This document shows positions 62,552-64,000 of a stretch of DNA of 64,000 nucleotides, one piece after another. Each line of letters starts with the position of its first letter. Position 1 is the first letter of the stretch. Location: positions 96,379 to 160,378 of the forward strand of contig CDMY01000225.1 in NCBI GenBank assembly GCA_001179505.1, in the 5' to 3' direction. The notes under the pieces are model-generated. The model saw only the letters and a program-made list of their open reading frames with translations, was not told where the DNA came from and ran no database searches. The stretch is from Vitrella brassicaformis CCMP3155 (Eukaryota > Protista > Chromerida). The position numbers and the translations under genes were made by a program.

Positions 62552-63577
62552 CTATCCCTCTGTATATCGATTCTGCTCGGTTGGTGCCCTCGCCTCCCTC
62601 CACGCATTCACAATACTGACAGCAGCCATGGCGGCCGTCTCCACCCTCAACACCAGCCGCCCCAGCGACACACACCGGACAGCCCAACCCCACTCGCTCA
62701 GCATCCTCACCTCCTCAGCAGCCCACCCTCCCACAGGACCTACCACCACAGCACAGCTACGCATGGCAGCCGCATCGCCCTCCAGCCCCTCGAGTGCATG
62801 TAGCAGCGGCACTGTCTTCTCGCCGTCGGCTTGCCTCTCGATGCAGGCAAAGATCGGGCCGGACGGGTGCATCTCAGTCCACTCTTTGAGCACCTCCTCT
62901 AACGAAGCGGGAGAATTGAGAAGAGGTCCATCGTCCAGCCGCTCGCATTGCTCTGCCGCTTCAACCATTGTCGCCTTCATGCCTTTGAGAGCATAGGCCG
63001 CTTCGTGCTCACCGTGCTGGGTCAAGATGGGGTGGAGATGCGTCACGCCGAGCTCTGTCGCCTTCTCCAGGAGAGTCTTCTGCCGGGCTTTGTTCCTGAT
63101 GGGAGCAAACATAAGGCTGAGCACCGATTTATCCACAGCCGGTGACCGCAGCCGCCCCATAACAGTCAGACAGACCTCTCCACGACGCGGCCCTTCACTG
63201 ACGCGGGAGAGGTACTCGCCGTCTTTGGCGTTGAATATCCTGACAGCATCGCCGCTCTTCCTGCGCAGGACGACCGTCACATAATGCCCATGCGCCCTGT
63301 CGAGAGCCACACTAGCACCTTCCATGAGCGGCTCGTCGTCGTGGTACAGACGCGGGGCCCTCCTCAGGACATTGTCGCTCTCGTAGCATCCGCATCCACC
63401 ATCTTCGGCCGCATAGCACGCCGGTTGCCGGGCGCCTGTGCGTTGAAGAAGGTGAGCCCCACAGCGCCGCGTTCTGGTCCATGACGGCAAGGTGAATGCA
63501 GCGACGGTGTGGGTCGGCCGCAAGGTCGAGCAAGCCGATGGCGATGAGAGAACGAGGAAGAGAAGGCCAGGCCGCAT
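62552..63577 (-). CDS. rsmE: 16S rRNA m3U1498 methyltransferase RsmE with bipartite leader, intronless
   Basis: RLY...GHYVTVVLRRKSGDAVRIFNAKDGEY, LLEKATELGV, EAAEQCER, VGPVGGW and SLGRLVLRVETAA. The first ATG gives MRPGLLFLVLSSPSACS...VAAF. Confidence 0.9.
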   Translation of the reverse strand: MRPGLLFLVLSSPSACSTLRPTHTVAAFTLPSWTRTRRCGAHLLQRTGARQPACYAAEDGGCGCYESDNVLRRAPRLYHDDEPLMEGASVALDRAHGHYVTVVLRRKSGDAVRIFNAKDGEYLSRVSEGPRRGEVCLTVMGRLRSPAVDKSVLSLMFAPIRNKARQKTLLEKATELGVTHLHPILTQHGEHEAAYALKGMKATMVEAAEQCERLDDGPLLNSPASLEEVLKEWTEMHPSGPIFACIERQADGEKTVPLLHALEGLEGDAAAMRSCAVVVGPVGGWAAEEVRMLSEWGWAVRCVSLGRLVLRVETAAMAAVSIVNAWREARAPTEQNRYTEG

Positions 63578-64000
63578 CGCATCCTCCTCCGCCGTTGATC
63601 TCAGATCACGACCTGATGACAAACAAACCAGAGGAAGCTGATGAAAGAAAGCGAAATGTCACATCTGGCATTCATCCGATAACCATTCCTCACCAAGTTA
63701 CGGCCACCCCATTCGCTTCTCTGATCGTTGAGCTCGCAAGCTGTAAGAATAGGGGGGAGAGAGTCGGGGAGAACGGTGAAGAGAGGATCTGCCGGGCGGT
63801 CAGTCCCGGATAAAGGATTAAGTCAATGCAACGTAAGGTCTGTGGATTTTGTGGAGAGTCCACGTAGGACATGTAGTATGCGTCAGTCCATCCTGTCTGA
63901 CGTCCTGTCCGCCATGGCCTGTCTCATGGAACGGACAGACTCAACAGCCGTCCTGTCTCACAGATCAGTGGATCGTCGGTCCATGAACCCTAGACCCTAA

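Overview
GC-rich, intron-dense eukaryotic DNA. It has short GT-AG introns full of (CA)n/(GACA)n/(CATC)n microsatellites, bipartite plastid-type leaders and a lineage-type F-box-like family. Together these suggest a chromerid alveolate such as Vitrella (inference). The dominant feature is four paralogous ankyrin-repeat TRP-like cation channel genes in alternating orientation (+,-,+,-), separated by unrelated single-copy genes. By manual splicing, copy 4 looks intact, copies 2 and 3 carry disabling lesions, and copy 1 is cut by the window start. Other genes: a TOM1-like VHS/GAT protein, a UBA2-like two-RRM protein, a Pam18-type J-domain protein, a probably plastid-targeted double retropepsin with helical repeats and an STI1-like tail, a Skp1 plus F-box-like fusion, a degenerate kinase-like coiled-coil protein, a secreted Cys/Pro-rich protein, a TPR-glycosyltransferase, a small single-TM protein, a FAX/metaxin-like GST, a RINGLET-like DDT/WHIM protein with a tRNA-Ser(UGA) in one intron, a GT34-like glycosyltransferase and an intronless RsmE. 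There are two 300-N assembly gaps. All exon structures were built by eye and no database searches were run.
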